The notes under the pieces: model-generated
Databases searched by the model: none
What the model saw: only the letters and a program-made list of their open reading frames with translations
Told to the model about the DNA's origin: nothing
Part shown: positions 24,301 to 38,054 of the stretch, in pieces
Layout: the number at the start of each line of letters is the position of its first letter
Numbering within the stretch: the stretch's first letter is position 1
Assembly: GCA_000934665.2 (NCBI GenBank)
Contig: KZ538369.1
Location: 1 to 64,000 of the forward strand
Length of the DNA stretch: 64,000 bases
Source of the DNA: Catajapyx aquilonaris
Lineage: Eukaryota
Direction of reading: 5' to 3'
Position numbers and translations under genes: made by a program

Positions 24301-27117
24301 ACTCAGGGCAGCGATTATGAAGCATGACATCCGCTTGCCATTTACTGCCTGCTTTGTACGTCCATCATTTCACACGCGGAGTTTTATTTCTTTTTTTGTG
24401 CAAAATCGAAATCGATGACTTTGCAATTGACTGATTTGGATCTGCGGGTTAAACGAGATGATTGCGACTATTTTTAGACTGCCATCAGTCCGTTTTTCTA
24501 TTATTGAATATGACTTCTTTTGACTGTGCTAATGTTGGAAGAAAGGACAATCACGCATTACTCATCTGCCCGAGACCTTTGAACTCGTAGTGAAATTTCG
24601 AGTAGATCGAGCGTCCAGATAAGTTTCCGTTCGTGACCACCATTTTCCTTCGGCATGGCATCTGACCTGTTTTAAGAGGGGGGGACACGCTCCTCAGTCA
24701 GAGTTGGACACAATCGTGGTCTAAGTGGGGTCACAGCCCAAAGTATGCCCTTTCCTCCCGGCCATTAGGCGCGTCCCGGGCTCGTATTTCTTCCGTATTG
24801 TTCCCCTGATGGTTATTGATTCTTGACAAGTTATGTCTCGACTTTTCCTCTCGGCGGCGGGGGGGTATAGCACAGGACTTGGGGAGGGGAAAAAATATGC
24901 CCTGGACAAAGTAGGATGTTTGTCAGGATGTGACCCCGACAAATTCCAAGCCACTCTGCAAAAGCCAAAAATATAATTCGAAATGTATGGCACTAGCTTA
25001 TAAATTTTAGTTGCTAAAATAGTGTACAGGATCCAAGTTTACAGTTCAAGAAATGAGCAATCAGCTGTAAAAGAGTCACTTTGCTGCACTTCAAGAAGTA
25101 GCATTTGGAGTGTTTAGACTTTATAGGATAATATCTTTCAACAAACTGAATGATGTGACTGTTTCATTACTCCTTCCATCGATTTTGCTAAATATTTTCC
25201 TCGAATACTTATGGAGCATTCATTTGAGACAGTTGGAAGGCTCTAATTGCACTCAATTGAGCAAAAAACCACTCGCAACAATTTCAGTAATTAACTAGTA
25301 GCAGAAGTGAACTATATTTTTCTCTTTTTTCCCCCTCTGTTTAGTGGTGCTGCATATACTGACGAGCGGCAGTTACATAAATTTCGTGGTCGCATCATAT
25401 AGCTTTTAAACCTGATTTATGTCTGCCTTTGATGCTAGTTTATAAGCTATTTATGTTCTCACAAAGTTAATGTGCATGAAATTTCGGAGCCCCTGGAAAT
25501 ATTCAACGTGTCCACTATTCCAACGTTTACCGGCCTATGGCTTCATGTCTGATTCACAGGTCTGGCGCGATTGCCTTATAAAATAATAATGTATCGAGTA
25601 AGCTGTAACTTGGAGCAGTATCCAAAGTCAATAAAACTTTTCCAGAGAACACACAGTTTACATATGAAATACAGAAGCGACGTAGCCCACCCTGATATGG
25701 GTCAAAAAAACAACAGTAATTAACCTACAAAAAAAGAGAAATGTGAAAGATGCAAGTTTCTTGAAACTCGCGATTAATATTGGCTGCGCAGCTGCCTGGA
25801 GAAGGAAGCTGAAAATTGCATAGGACAGGTACGGAAAGGGTCTAGTCCTTTGCCTACATATTTCATTGGCACCTGCCAACATCGTTTTAAGACCTCATAA
25901 ATTTCGATCCAGCCAAGGTTGGGGGGAGTAGGCCAGGACATGCAGCAAGATTGACTAGTTAAAGCGGGAGGGGCTAGACTAGATCCTTTATCCCTAAAAA
26001 GTACAAGGATCGGGCCATGGCGAAAAACATGTTGGGCAAAAGTCCCTTTCTTGTCGTTTTTTTTCCTTTTTTTTTTTGGAAGCATCCCTCGGGGTCTCTC
26101 CGAGCTTTCTTCCATGCTACACTGATCCCCCCTTCTCTTTTCTCCTCTGGGATGCTGAGGCTCACCAATTTTCACTTGCCGCTATTTTCTATTTTCGATC
26201 CTCCCCTACACCCTCCGCCATCACACCTTCTCTTGAAGACCGTGGGGAGATGGAAGAAAAGGCGTTTACGCGAAGAAGAGAGAGAGGAACTTGGAGAGAA
26301 AAAAAGGAAAACTCGTTTTGGCTTTGGATTTCCAACGGCTTTGTACAGCGATGCTCTTAAAACGCCTTTAGCCATCCATAGAGACGTGGGACAACTCTTA
26401 CATCGTCAAAAAGAGACGGGGGAATAGTAAAGAAGAAAATTCGGAGGGATGAAAAATGTACGGTCTTGCGACAAAAAATGGCATTTTCATGGACTTTGAG
26501 AGATTCGATATTTGATCGTCCTCCCCCCCAAAAAATAGGAAGAGTAGATTGTTTCAGGTTGAGATGTGAGGCAACCAACCATGTGCGACGTTTCTCTGTG
26601 AAATAAGACGCTACCCGCAGAAAAATGCTGTGTGTAAACTTTGTACAAGTTAAATCAAAAGGAAAGCCTTCAAAATTAAATTTGGCGACTGTAACATGAA
26701 GGGAACCCCGCTGCGTTTGTTTAGCTACTTACCAGTTTGGCAGTGGTTATGTGTAATAATAAACTTAGCCACGGTATACAGTTGAACGGCGCTGCATGTT
26801 TACTGGAAGGCCTATCAGAGCCAATCGCACTATTAATCCTGCGGTGTAAAAGGAATTGTAGGGATTATCAAGAGGAAATGCTAAATATAGCCAGGTGATA
26901 ACGCTCCTGAAAGAGTAATTTGCACACGGAGAACCAGGCACGATCAAAGAAATGCAATTACTATTTCTACCAGATTGAAACCTACATCCACAATGTTGTA
27001 TCAAAACTTCATCACTCTCGTTATCATAGGAAGCAACTGTCGTCATCTAAATGCGTAACCTTTTAGGGATTTAATTTCTTCCATGTGCTCGTGTAATGAA
27101 TTAATATTTAATTGATT

Positions 27118-27143
27118 TCACCTCGTTAGGTCACCTCGTTAGG
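27118..27143. repeat. 13-bp tandem duplication (TCACCTCGTTAGG x2)
   Basis: Two adjacent identical copies. Confidence 0.85.
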
Positions 27144-29079
27144 CACAGGCTTATGACCACTACATAGTCGTGAACTACATTTTCACAAAGCAGACTCAAT
27201 TTAGAGCTGAATTCCGTGCCACCACACATGCTCAGGCATACTTGAAAGAATTCCTCGCACATTATCCACATACTGAAGGTGATTCAATAAAGGATCTAAA
27301 ATAATGCATAGTGACCGAACCTGAAAAGCGCCATCAGCATGCATGATCGTACAGCTACAGTAAAAATGAATAGGCATCGACGAAACGCCAGCTGGATATT
27401 TAGTCACGCACGAGTTATGAAATTGTCTCACTGCGACACGTTCTACTATTTAATCAGATAATATCCGACATGCCCACCTTTACTGTATCTCTGATGTGTA
27501 TATAAAAAAGAAAGAAAAACCAGCAGCCCCATGTTTTAATCAGACTCTAGTTTCTTTCTCCTAGATCCCCGCAGCACTTGCGTTATAATGCAAGCCCCCT
27601 TTTAAACCGCCCCTTTTTCCTATTGCCCTAAAAGGTAGCTAATGGACACGAAGCGTACGTGATGCTGATGCTCTATATAATACAAGAGCCTAATTTTCAA
27701 AGCTTGCTGTGTCGCGCGAACCATAAGAAAATTTCAAAGGGGGCTTGAAATTGCTCTTGGACGCCAGGCACTTTTCTCACGGTTTGAAAATTTATATGTC
27801 GACTTGCTTCACTTGATTGCAGCTTATGCGCGGAATTTTCTCATTTTCTCTAGTGGCCTATCCCCAGCATGTACGGAGAGGCCTGCTGGGTGTGGTGGTG
27901 TTACGTGCTATGGCATCCAGTGTTTTTTTAAAAAAAATCTGTACTCCCTGCAGCCGGCTTTTCTTTTGACTTTTAGAACACCACACCATTACATATGGGA
28001 CAAAAATAATGAAGAATTCTGAGTGACACGCCAAGCCGCTGTTTTTTTAAAAAAATTCCATCGCATTACATACTTACAACGCACAAGAGAACATACATCA
28101 CAATATTAATCTCTTTAATTTGATATTGTGACACGTGGTTGTTACAATATTACGATATGCTAATGTGCGCTGCATAGTTGCAAAATTCTGAAGTTTCGGT
28201 TTCGCCCTGAATTTTGGGTATGTCATCGCATTTTCATTAAAAAAAATTCGACTCGTTTGACGTACACACAATATCAACAAAACCGAACAAAACGTTGGCC
28301 TGGAGCAGATTGAGCCAATTATGTTGTCACCTATAAATTCCGAACCTCAAAAAAATGGTGCTATTTTTGTGCGCGTTATTTTTTTTTATTTACACTGCCA
28401 TTTGTCGCGACATGTAGCCTATATAGAGCTGCGCTGTTTTATTGCGCAATAATTAATGCAACTAGAAATTCTCTCCACGTCAGGCCAGCTTGTAACTAAA
28501 CTAAGCTGTTAAAATGTGCTTAATGCACTTTTCTTGGCCATTATTGCCTTGAAAGCGGTGCATCCAACTGTAACGGTATGCGGTATAAAAATGTGCGTTT
28601 GTCCGCGTCCTAGATGTCTCTCGTGGTACATATTGATGCCACGTTATGTTGACGACTACGTGCGTAATGAGTTGTCTGTTCGGGACACACGCGTAATTCC
28701 AGGCTCGCATTTAACACTCCCCCTCAGCATTTTCCGCCTGGAATGATGCCCTCCTGTTATTTACTCTCCCGTGGAAAACTCGACCTCTTCAATGAGAGCG
28801 CCTGGCATTTATGTACTGTTGTCAGCTAATCTTGTCACTTTGTTTCCCCCAGGTCACCCCCCCCCCCAAAAAAAAAGAGAGAGAGATGTGAAAACAATGC
28901 AATATTTGAACTCGAGCCCAAATTAGTCGCCTAATTTGCATCTTGACACCGATAGTGTCTGCTCTCTCTCTCTCTCTTTTCCGGAAAAATCGATGGGCTT
29001 GAGCACAGCTGGCAAGCCTAGGTGCAATTCCACTCTATTGTACTGTTATGAACGGTGCTTTGTTTTCTTCTTCCCTTAG

Positions 29080-29207
29080 AACCAATAACGGCCATCGTGG
29101 GAAACACGGATGTCTTCATAAACAAGGGAAGCACCATCAACCTCACTTGCGTAGTCAAGTTTGCTCCAGAACCACCGCCACAAATTCACTGGCACCATAA
29201 TATGAAG
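29080..29207 (+). CDS. dpr8-like: Dpr-family Ig protein, coding exon for first half of Ig2 (phase 1 to 0)
   Basis: G from the previous exon + AA gives E, then PITAIVGNTDVFINKGSTINLTCVVKFAPEPPPQIHWHHNMK, containing the Dpr Ig2 motif GSTINLTC, an N-glycosylation sequon (NLT) and the C-strand Trp. Acceptor is tgttttcttcttcccttAG; donor is AAG|GTATGT. 128 nt, phase fits both neighbours. Confidence 0.95.
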
Positions 29208-31622
29208 GTATGTGCTCCTACCAAGACAATTTTTTTTCTTCATCTTCCATATTCCTACCGTGCTGCCATTTCCACCTCTAAAAGCTTAGTTATTGACTCA
29301 GAAGTTACGCGAAGTAAACAAACGACATCAAAAGTGCATTAATTCCGGGGCCGAGCCAAACTTTAGTGGCGATGCATAAATCATGGTCGTGAATTACACG
29401 GTGCAAAAGGCCGCACATTCCCAGGCCCCCACTACTCTCTTTCTCGTACCACTTGTGAAGTGGACTATAACACAGAAATAGGAGGCCTTGCATGAACTCA
29501 GTGGAGTGTTGGAGGTAGACGACTCGCATAATTTCATTCGCCCAGAAAACCGCATTCTGAGAGCACATTCGGTGCGGTTTTGAAGGAGTGTCAGGGAATA
29601 TAACCCAGGGTCCTCGGACCCATGAACATGGTGATTCAATGAATCTCTTCGAAAACTGCTCTAAAATATTTCAGAAAGTTGGTATAAACGTATGCTAAAA
29701 TATTCATATAGCATGATTTCAGCATCTGGCGCTCTCTCTTTTGATTTTTTTTAAAAAAATGTTGCTAAGTAATGTTTCGATAAATTCGCTGAATCATTAA
29801 CAGATACAGTATATGTAGAATGTAGACTATCCACTGACACACGATCTCATCAGTATAGAAAAAGAGTTCAAAATAAATTATGTATGACACGATTTATGCG
29901 TCAGGTCCATATATTTGCTTGAACCTGTTGAATCATCCTGTACACGTTCACGGTTGTGTATTTTTTTGCATATCTCGGATGTCCAATGAGGGGTTCTTGG
30001 ATGGCAGCACGACAACACATGTGTGTAGTTCGAAGATTTTTATTACCTTCGGCAGGGGGGCTGTAAATCAAAGCGTGTGCAGCAACCGATGTCGAGACAA
30101 TGCAACGCGTGTCGTACGCCGAACGAGGATGCAATGACACGCCCTGCATGTAAATTACTCTCGACCCTCATATGCTCCGCGTTTATATAGTGAAATTTTA
30201 GGCTCCAGGTTTTTTTTCCCGTCCCGGAAATCTGCACTTGCTGCAGTTAATAACGTAGAACACTATGTATGACTATTAATTACTCGTCCTCCCCAACCCT
30301 CATTTTCCACCGTCTGTCACTTCGTGTGGAGAATGCGGCGTGTGCAGTGTCCTGCATACACCTATAGTTGCGTGTACTTGCACCAGGTTGGTGAGAAAAA
30401 TTCGGCCAACTTAAAAAAAAAATTATTTCACAGTTTTTAACACAGTAATATCCACACTATTTTAGTCTACCTGTGTGCTTCTGAGCCGGGATATAAAAGT
30501 ACCGTTGCTTATTACTTTTAAAACACTCAGGTGATTTATCTGTTTATCATCCCCGCACACTTTCTTGCACGCAGCTGAATATCCTAGTCGCCAACCTTAT
30601 TTTTTTATGGGTGTTCTGGCCATAAATTACTTCCGGGAGGACAAGATCACCCAAGCCGCTGGTCCTGAGTTACGACTGCGATAATTTTACGGCCCTCTGT
30701 ATCATAATTCTCAAATAATCGCTGGTCTTTGCGGATTTCACTGAAACTTCTGACGCCTCCCAAAAGTTCGCCATAACCTCTTTTTTTTGCAGGTGGTTTA
30801 TAACTTACTCTCCTCCAAATGTGGTCGCCAATAGTTCCGACTCCCAAAAACAAAATTATTAATTAATGCAAAAAGTAACCGGTCGTGTTAATTACCGTTT
30901 GGCCTCATTTGACTGAATTTTAGGCTTCATTTCCGTTCACATTTCGGTGCATTGCGCACTACTTGCTCAGTCTACCAATCCAACAATGCTAATAAGAATA
31001 GGCAGATTTTTTTTCAGCCTTCGTCCCAGCTTATATGTCTCCGTTGTCGCTCATTGGTATTGATCCCCTGCGCTGCTGGCAGCCCAAAAAGGCGCAACTC
31101 CAAGAGTTGGCGCCGCCAGATAACCCGAGAGGAGCTCTCGCCAAGCCCTATCTTACTGATTTATCTCGGCTTCCGATTCTACCCATCCACCCACCCCCAG
31201 CCTCCCCAAAAAAACCTCTCTCTCTCTCTTCCCCTGGACCCAAACGTGGGTTTTAGAAAAAGGGTTCGGGGCGCGGCAATATCCAACGTCAATTCACCTC
31301 CTTCCGAGGAAATCCTTAATTTTATCGTTGCCCGTAATTCGCCCACGGGCCACTAAGTTTACCCCTCGGGACGGCCCAATAGACGGGCGTCCCTTCAGCC
31401 CATGACCTCTTCCATTATCTGCATTCGAACCTTTTGCTGCTGGGCCCCGAGGTGGCGCCATCTATTTTACGGGACGTGAGATTGGGAGTTGCTCAAAGTC
31501 AGTGGGACGGATACGAGGATCAAGAGTGGACTTACCGGAACTGACCTCTCCCTCACAGAGACCCAGAGAGAGAACCAGGGTAATGCTACACTGCAAAGTA
31601 AAGAAGGCTTTGTGTGCATCGC

Positions 31623-31623
<1 letters not shown>

Positions 31624-31658
<35 letters not shown>
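31624..31658. repeat. (AG)n microsatellite, ~17 units
   Basis: Perfect AG run in intron sequence. Confidence 0.95.
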
Positions 31659-31661
<3 letters not shown>

Positions 31662-34600
31662 TCCTATTGGTCAAGGCCGATTCTAACCGGAGGCCCTGAC
31701 TTGATTGGAAGATTAAAAGACTGCCCAGTAACATTAAAACAACATGATACTGAGCAAACTGCCCTAAATGTAGATATAATATTCTGAGATCGACATTTTA
31801 CATTATCAAAATGTGCAGAGATGGCATCAGGCTCAATTTAATCAGGAAACTTACTTATGTTATAATTATCTACACTTCTTTGTAATTTTCCTAATGTATG
31901 CTAAAGCTTTGTGCAAGTATTGAAAATACAAGGTACGTGAAAGATTTCTCTGAGAATACCTCTGGCAAAAAAAGGGATAACCTTATGCAAGAATACTTGC
32001 CAGCAGGCCAACGAGGCTAATTCCTAAGCTTTAATTTGTTAACAAGAAGGATTTGTCCAAAACTTCATGAAATTCAAACATTAGTATATCCGCAAGACTT
32101 TTGGCCACACAAAGCACTGACTGTACACTTTAGAAACCATTCCAATTGCAACAATCACATTCACTTGATTGTTGCTTCACTTTGAACTGGCTCCTCCTGA
32201 GTTAAACAACTTTCTCACTTCTCTTGGACCGTGAGCTTCGGTATAGTGCCGCACCCTATACACTGTGCACATAAATACACAATGCGCACAGGAATATTGC
32301 GGAACGTGCCCACACCCACGGCACCACTCGCTAATTTCCTCTCACTTTAATTGGGCACGCACAGGGCAATATTATGGAAACGTTGGGAGTAACGCAAACC
32401 GTGGAAACGGGGGGAGCTTTGAAGAGCGCTGACTTAATTAATACGACGCCAAACCTAATGAATTATCGAATGCGATGGGGGCCATAGACTTTGCTGCGTG
32501 CACACGGAAACTCATTCCTAAGGGAAAAATATCGACTCGTTAGAGTCGCCCGCCTGTTGCAGACAACTCATTCATTCCGATTTGCTATTACCCTCCCACC
32601 CTCCCACCCACCCACGGGAACCAGGCATGTCCGGATGAAGTCCAACCCAACCCACATCCACCCCGTATTTTCCTTTCTCCTTTTGTTGGACTGTCCGGGG
32701 AGTCCAATGTTGATTTTGCAACCCGGCAGCAGCTAGCTAGGACCGGGCCTCGAAATGTGAAAAGTATATTGCAAATAACTTTCACAAAGGGCCACCCCCC
32801 AGAATTAACTTACGCAAAACAATCGAATTTGGTGGCCAGTGAAAAGTTGGGAGAGGTAAAAAAAAAATATCAAAGCCGCCGATCCGTGTTCTAATAGTGG
32901 CAAAAGCCCCACTGTTGAATTGCAATTTTTTCAGCTTGCAAAATGGCAAATACGGGTGATGGGCTATATCTGAATTTTAATTTTACGGGAAACTACACTG
33001 AAAAATTTCCGTTTTCAAGTTGGCAATCAGGCGTTTTCCTACCAGGGGTCCAAAAAGCAATCCGATGTTTTAGCACGCCATATGTGTCCTGTGGCGTCAA
33101 CATTACGTGTCAGCTTAATTTTCAAGCGTCCAGTCCCCTCCGGGCCCTTTACAAATTTTAAAACAAACACCCATATGAAAAGGGGAGGAAATTTTACCCA
33201 GCAGTACAGTACTCGACCTAAATTACAAAATCATTTGGCGCAAATTATTCTAAATTTTCTTTGCATCTTCTGGCCGGTTTCACCAAGCAGGTTATATTAT
33301 ACTGTAAATCCGAGTTTCTTTTCGGAAAATCCTTAGGTACTTTTGATTGTTGTCAACAATTGAGGTGTTTTCATAGGAAAGGGTGTAAATCACAAAAATT
33401 TGTTTTTACAGGGGCTAGGAAAAGAAACAGTTTCGATGACATTGAAGCAGATTTTATTACAAAAAAAAGTTTTCTTATTGTTCGATTTTGTTACAAAAAG
33501 TCATGAAAAGTCAAAGAAATAAAGCAGCTACTATTTTTTTCTCTAATTGTGGAACATTTCTCTTTGTGACTTACGGCCTTTCCCGTGCCAACGCCTCAAT
33601 TGTTGCTATGACAATTATTCTCGTTATAACCGAGGTTCTTAACCAAGTTGGTGAAACCCGGTGCTTCTATATAACTAACCAACCAGATCACATCAGAGCA
33701 GTAACAATCGGCACCGATGGCACCCTCAGTATAACCCAGCTCCTTCTGGCTCTACTTGCATCACTAAACCGATTGCTCAATTCAAGTCCTAGGCGGATAT
33801 CAACTAAGGCAGACTTTTCCCCTCCGGTTTGGTGGGTTGCGGGGTGGGGGCTATCTGCATTAAACTTTTTGTTTCTTTTTTTTAACCCCCCCTCTCTCTG
33901 AAGGACCCCTCCTAGTTTTTGACCCGCATCACATAGGGAGTGGAGTTGCTCCCTGTTCCTTAACTGCAAATTCGCCCTTTCCGGCACGAGTCGAGGCTTT
34001 TGTGCTGCCGGTTCCGCGGTCTATTTATGATTTCCCCTCACGTGAGTCAGGTTAGTATTCCGGGGCGCCTTCGTGGCGTATTAAGGCCCGGATCCCTGGA
34101 GGGCTGCTGGCACTGCCTTCACACTCCGGGCCCTGATGGGATGCGGCCTACTCCGGACCTCAACTACCTTCTCCTTTAGGCCCAACCCTGCTCTTCTCTA
34201 CCAAATCCTCATACAACCCCCTTCTTCCTTCTTCCCTTTTTTTATACTCGCATGCCTGCCTACCAACGAGATTGTGTCGCTTTTAGGCCTACTGAAACTT
34301 TCATGCAGGAGAGTGATTGTATTCTCGCAGCCTCGGCTCTTTTCCGTTGAGCTATAGGGGAGAAGTATCTTAGGGATAAGAGTCGGTGCATTACGCAAAC
34401 AAATGTGATGGAAGAATAACAATATAAAATGGAGGATGTACAAAAAAAATTTGGGGGCGCCGCGAGTAAGGCCTCGGTCCGCATTTCCCTGAACCAAATA
34501 TCTTTAGTAAAGATCATTAACGTTGCAAGGGAGAGAGCTGCCTATACCCCCTGTACGCCGTCTGTAAATTCCCAGGCTGCGAATAATTGAGTTTGCAATT

Positions 34601-37600
34601 TCGAAACGTTACGCCACTTTTAATCGAAACGTGCATAAATTTATACTGCTGTGTATCAAAGAGAAGTTATTGCCAGGTTTTCAAAATGTTAAGAGGGAAA
34701 GGTTGCAGATGATGACAATGGCGTTGGGGGATTATATTTGCAATTATTATTCTAGGATTCTGCATATCGCGCATTCTCTGTGGAAGGGTGCTTGTTCGAG
34801 TTATGGATACATCAATATTTATTGACAACTGACCTACCAAATATAAAACATGTGGTTATAAAATAATACTGTATAACGATTGGAACATGGCTCTTAAATT
34901 TCTATCGATCAATATTCGATTTTTCTTTAAGTCAATTCGCATAATTACTAGCCTGCGACATATGTCTGGACCATTTCGATTTTTTATATGTTTGGAACCG
35001 ATGAAGTACGACATAAAAAATAGGCCGACAGCTGCATATATCATTGCACATTACTTACCCGAACCCTACAGCATTGCGTGGATTTTGTTACTCTGAAGTA
35101 GGCTATACTCGTACGTAGTAAGAATGTACTCGTAGTACTACTCAACTCTGTGGTGTTCCACATGTAAATATATTCTAACGAGACTCACAGATTCACCCGC
35201 ATGACCCCCTGAGATGATATGCAAAATTAAAACACACAACCTGCCTGCACAGTAGGCCTATGGCGAAAATATTTTGCCATATTTTGTTAGTTCCTCTCTC
35301 GGCCTCTAGGTAGAATCGCTTAATGACTTGTTTAACCCCTTTTGCCTCTTTTTCACTTTGCCCGGAAGAAAATAGCTTCGTGGTAAATAGTTGATTTATT
35401 ATAGGGTGGTAAAGAGTTAATATTAGTCCACAAGTCTAGTCATAATACTAGGAAGTATGTCGGCTTCCACTTTTGAATGGAGGATTCATTTCACATTCAC
35501 AAGTGAACATCAAATTTCAGAATCACTCTTTTCAGATAATGCATAATAATTGTTGATGTTAAATTGCGAGATTTCACGCTACTCCGGAGTTTAATTTAAC
35601 GCCTGCAAGTTATGCACCGGCGATGGTTGCATGCAGGCCAGGATGAAACTATAGTGGAGGCTTGGATCCCAGTGCAATTAGCATAAAGTCATGCTGAGCC
35701 GAGGCCAGAGGGCTGATATTGCCTTTCACAAAGCCCTCTCTCTCTAATCAAGAGAGTGAGCAGCCACCACCGAGTGACCCCGTCCACATGCACATGCAGA
35801 TTGGTGGGGTTGGTCTATTTGGGTGGCAGAATACATAGAGAATGGACAACCAGACAAACAGATGCCGCAACCAGACCTTTCACCTACTGATACTGGAATG
35901 TTATTATTACCACGTGTCATTTGATGTCGAGCAGTGGCTTTGGGACTATCACTGCACATTTAAAAATACGATAGGTGTACATTACAGTTAGCAGTTTGTT
36001 AGAATTAAACTATTTATTACTGAGCAATTACTTTGAGAGCTGCTTTCATGGGCTATCGAAAATATTATCTGTCAATAATATGTGACGAGATTGCAGTGTT
36101 GCATAACTCCACACAGCCAACCGTTTTCAGGTCCGTGACGGTGTAGTGCCAATCACTCATTACTCTTCATACATGTGATTGTGGCTAAAATTGTCAAAAT
36201 ATAACTCGCCAGATCAAAATGCTTTAAATATGCCCTTTGATTATTCAGCGGAATTTCCCATTTCATTTAACACAAAACTCCATCCATTCAGTCATAAATT
36301 AAGCTCGTTATTGTACAGTATAGTACACTGCTGGGTTCGGGCAGAGTTAATAAGAACAAGCCGAGAGTTTTAGTGAATACCTGCAAACCAGGCATTCCCG
36401 GGACCAGGCAAAATTATTTGGATAAAATTGTGCCGAAATTTATACAAAATTTCACTCTGACAAACAATAACTCTACTATAGTCAAGCGACCAGTGAAAAC
36501 AAAGCATAAAATAGTGAAATTTAGGGATAATATTTATGCTTCTCACCGCTTTCCATACCCCTTGGTCCTTGGAGACCTTACTCGAGTTCCACAATATTGA
36601 AGCAACTTCATATTATTTTATTACCAACCTTAATGGAGAAGTCTTAAAACATCATTAGTAGACTGACATAAAGTACTGTCTTTCTCCGATTCAGGGCAAG
36701 GGTAATGAGACGGGTGAACGAACACTTTTTACACTGTTTACTCCATATAGCGGGTAAGTTGGAAAGTTGCAGACCTGCTAATACTTAAAATATTTCTAAA
36801 ATGACAAAAACACAATAATTTTATTTGTGCAGTGTTTTAGAGGGCATTCATCTATACTGAAAATATAGAGGTATTTGCTTTTAAGATAAACAGAGCAAGT
36901 AAAATAAAATGTCCCTGTATGCACTCGGCCAGATCCTACAGGAACTACAGTTTACGCATTTTTTATTCCCATGCAGTACTCTCGTGATGGCGATAGCGTA
37001 AGTACTGGCGACCAAAATTTACGAAAACATAATAATTATTGAGATATTACCAACATTTATGTAGTAGCACACTGATATTAATGATTTGCGTGAGGCCATA
37101 ATCAACGGCATTAATTAAATTGCACCTACATACGACTGGTTTCCACCAAGCATAATTAAGAAAAAAACAAAGCGTTATGTAGAAATTTGAAACGTCAACA
37201 GAATAAAGGCCAAAGTCCTCCAGAGTTGAAAAATCTGAGGGTTCATGAAATATTTTCGTGACTCTAAAATTAATTTATTTACTAATATCCTAAACGCACT
37301 ATGAATCGTAAATGACCGTACCAATTAATGGCATACCCCTAATGACAAATTCATGCAAAATTGTATTGATGCATCATTAATTGCAGTGAAGCTTTTCAAA
37401 AACAAACGCTCTTTTCTTCGGAAATGTTTTGTACTGAACAAGTTTAAGTCACATACATTAAAAATTGTCAGTCAAACTATTCCATTGGTTACAGGATCTA
37501 CTGATTGATTTAACTGTACTTGAGACTTTGGTCCTTATTTCATGATTACAACATCACTTAATTTGCAACTTTAACTGTGACTTTGTTTGGTGGAAACTAG

Positions 37601-37885
37601 CCTGAACAAAACGTCTTCGTCTTGCTACATACATACGTACCCAGAATATGACGTTTTTTGCACCATCAAATGAACAACGGTACCTAAACGTACTGTACCC
37701 TTATAGTATATAGAAACCCAAACTTTCACCCTGACCAAATGCGAGGCTTCTGGCTTTTACTCCTTGTATCTTTTCCCATTCCCCCACAAAAGCAATGCAA
37801 CGTAGCAGTAAATGTGTGTACCCTCCCTTTCCAGTGCCATTGGATGAAGGTCCCTGTTCTTTTCCTCCTTTTCTTTGTCTATCAG

Positions 37886-38054
37886 ATAATCAACTTCGAC
37901 TCACCCCGAGGCGGCATCAGCCTGGTGACCGAAAAGGGCCCCACCACCACGAGTCGTCTGCTCATCCAAAAGGCTACTCAGGCCGATTCCGGACTCTACA
38001 CCTGCGCTCCCTCCAACGCCAACGAGGCCAGCGTTCGGGTGCACATTCTCAATG
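37886..38054 (+). CDS. dpr8-like: Dpr-family Ig protein, coding exon for second half of Ig2 (phase 0 to 1)
   Basis: Encodes IINFDSPRGGISLVTEKGPTTTSRLLIQKATQADSGLYTCAPSNANEASVRVHILN. INFDSPRGGISLVTEKG and DSGLYTC.PSNA match my recollection of dpr8-type sequences (not verified by search). Long pyrimidine tract + atcAG acceptor; donor is G|GTAAGT. 169 nt. Confidence 0.96.

Noticed and set aside
35332..35420. TTAA-CCCCTTTT...AAAGAG-TTAA, a piggyBac-like mini element
   Set aside because: The inverted repeats are short and poorly matched. It cannot be told from chance without a genome-wide copy search.
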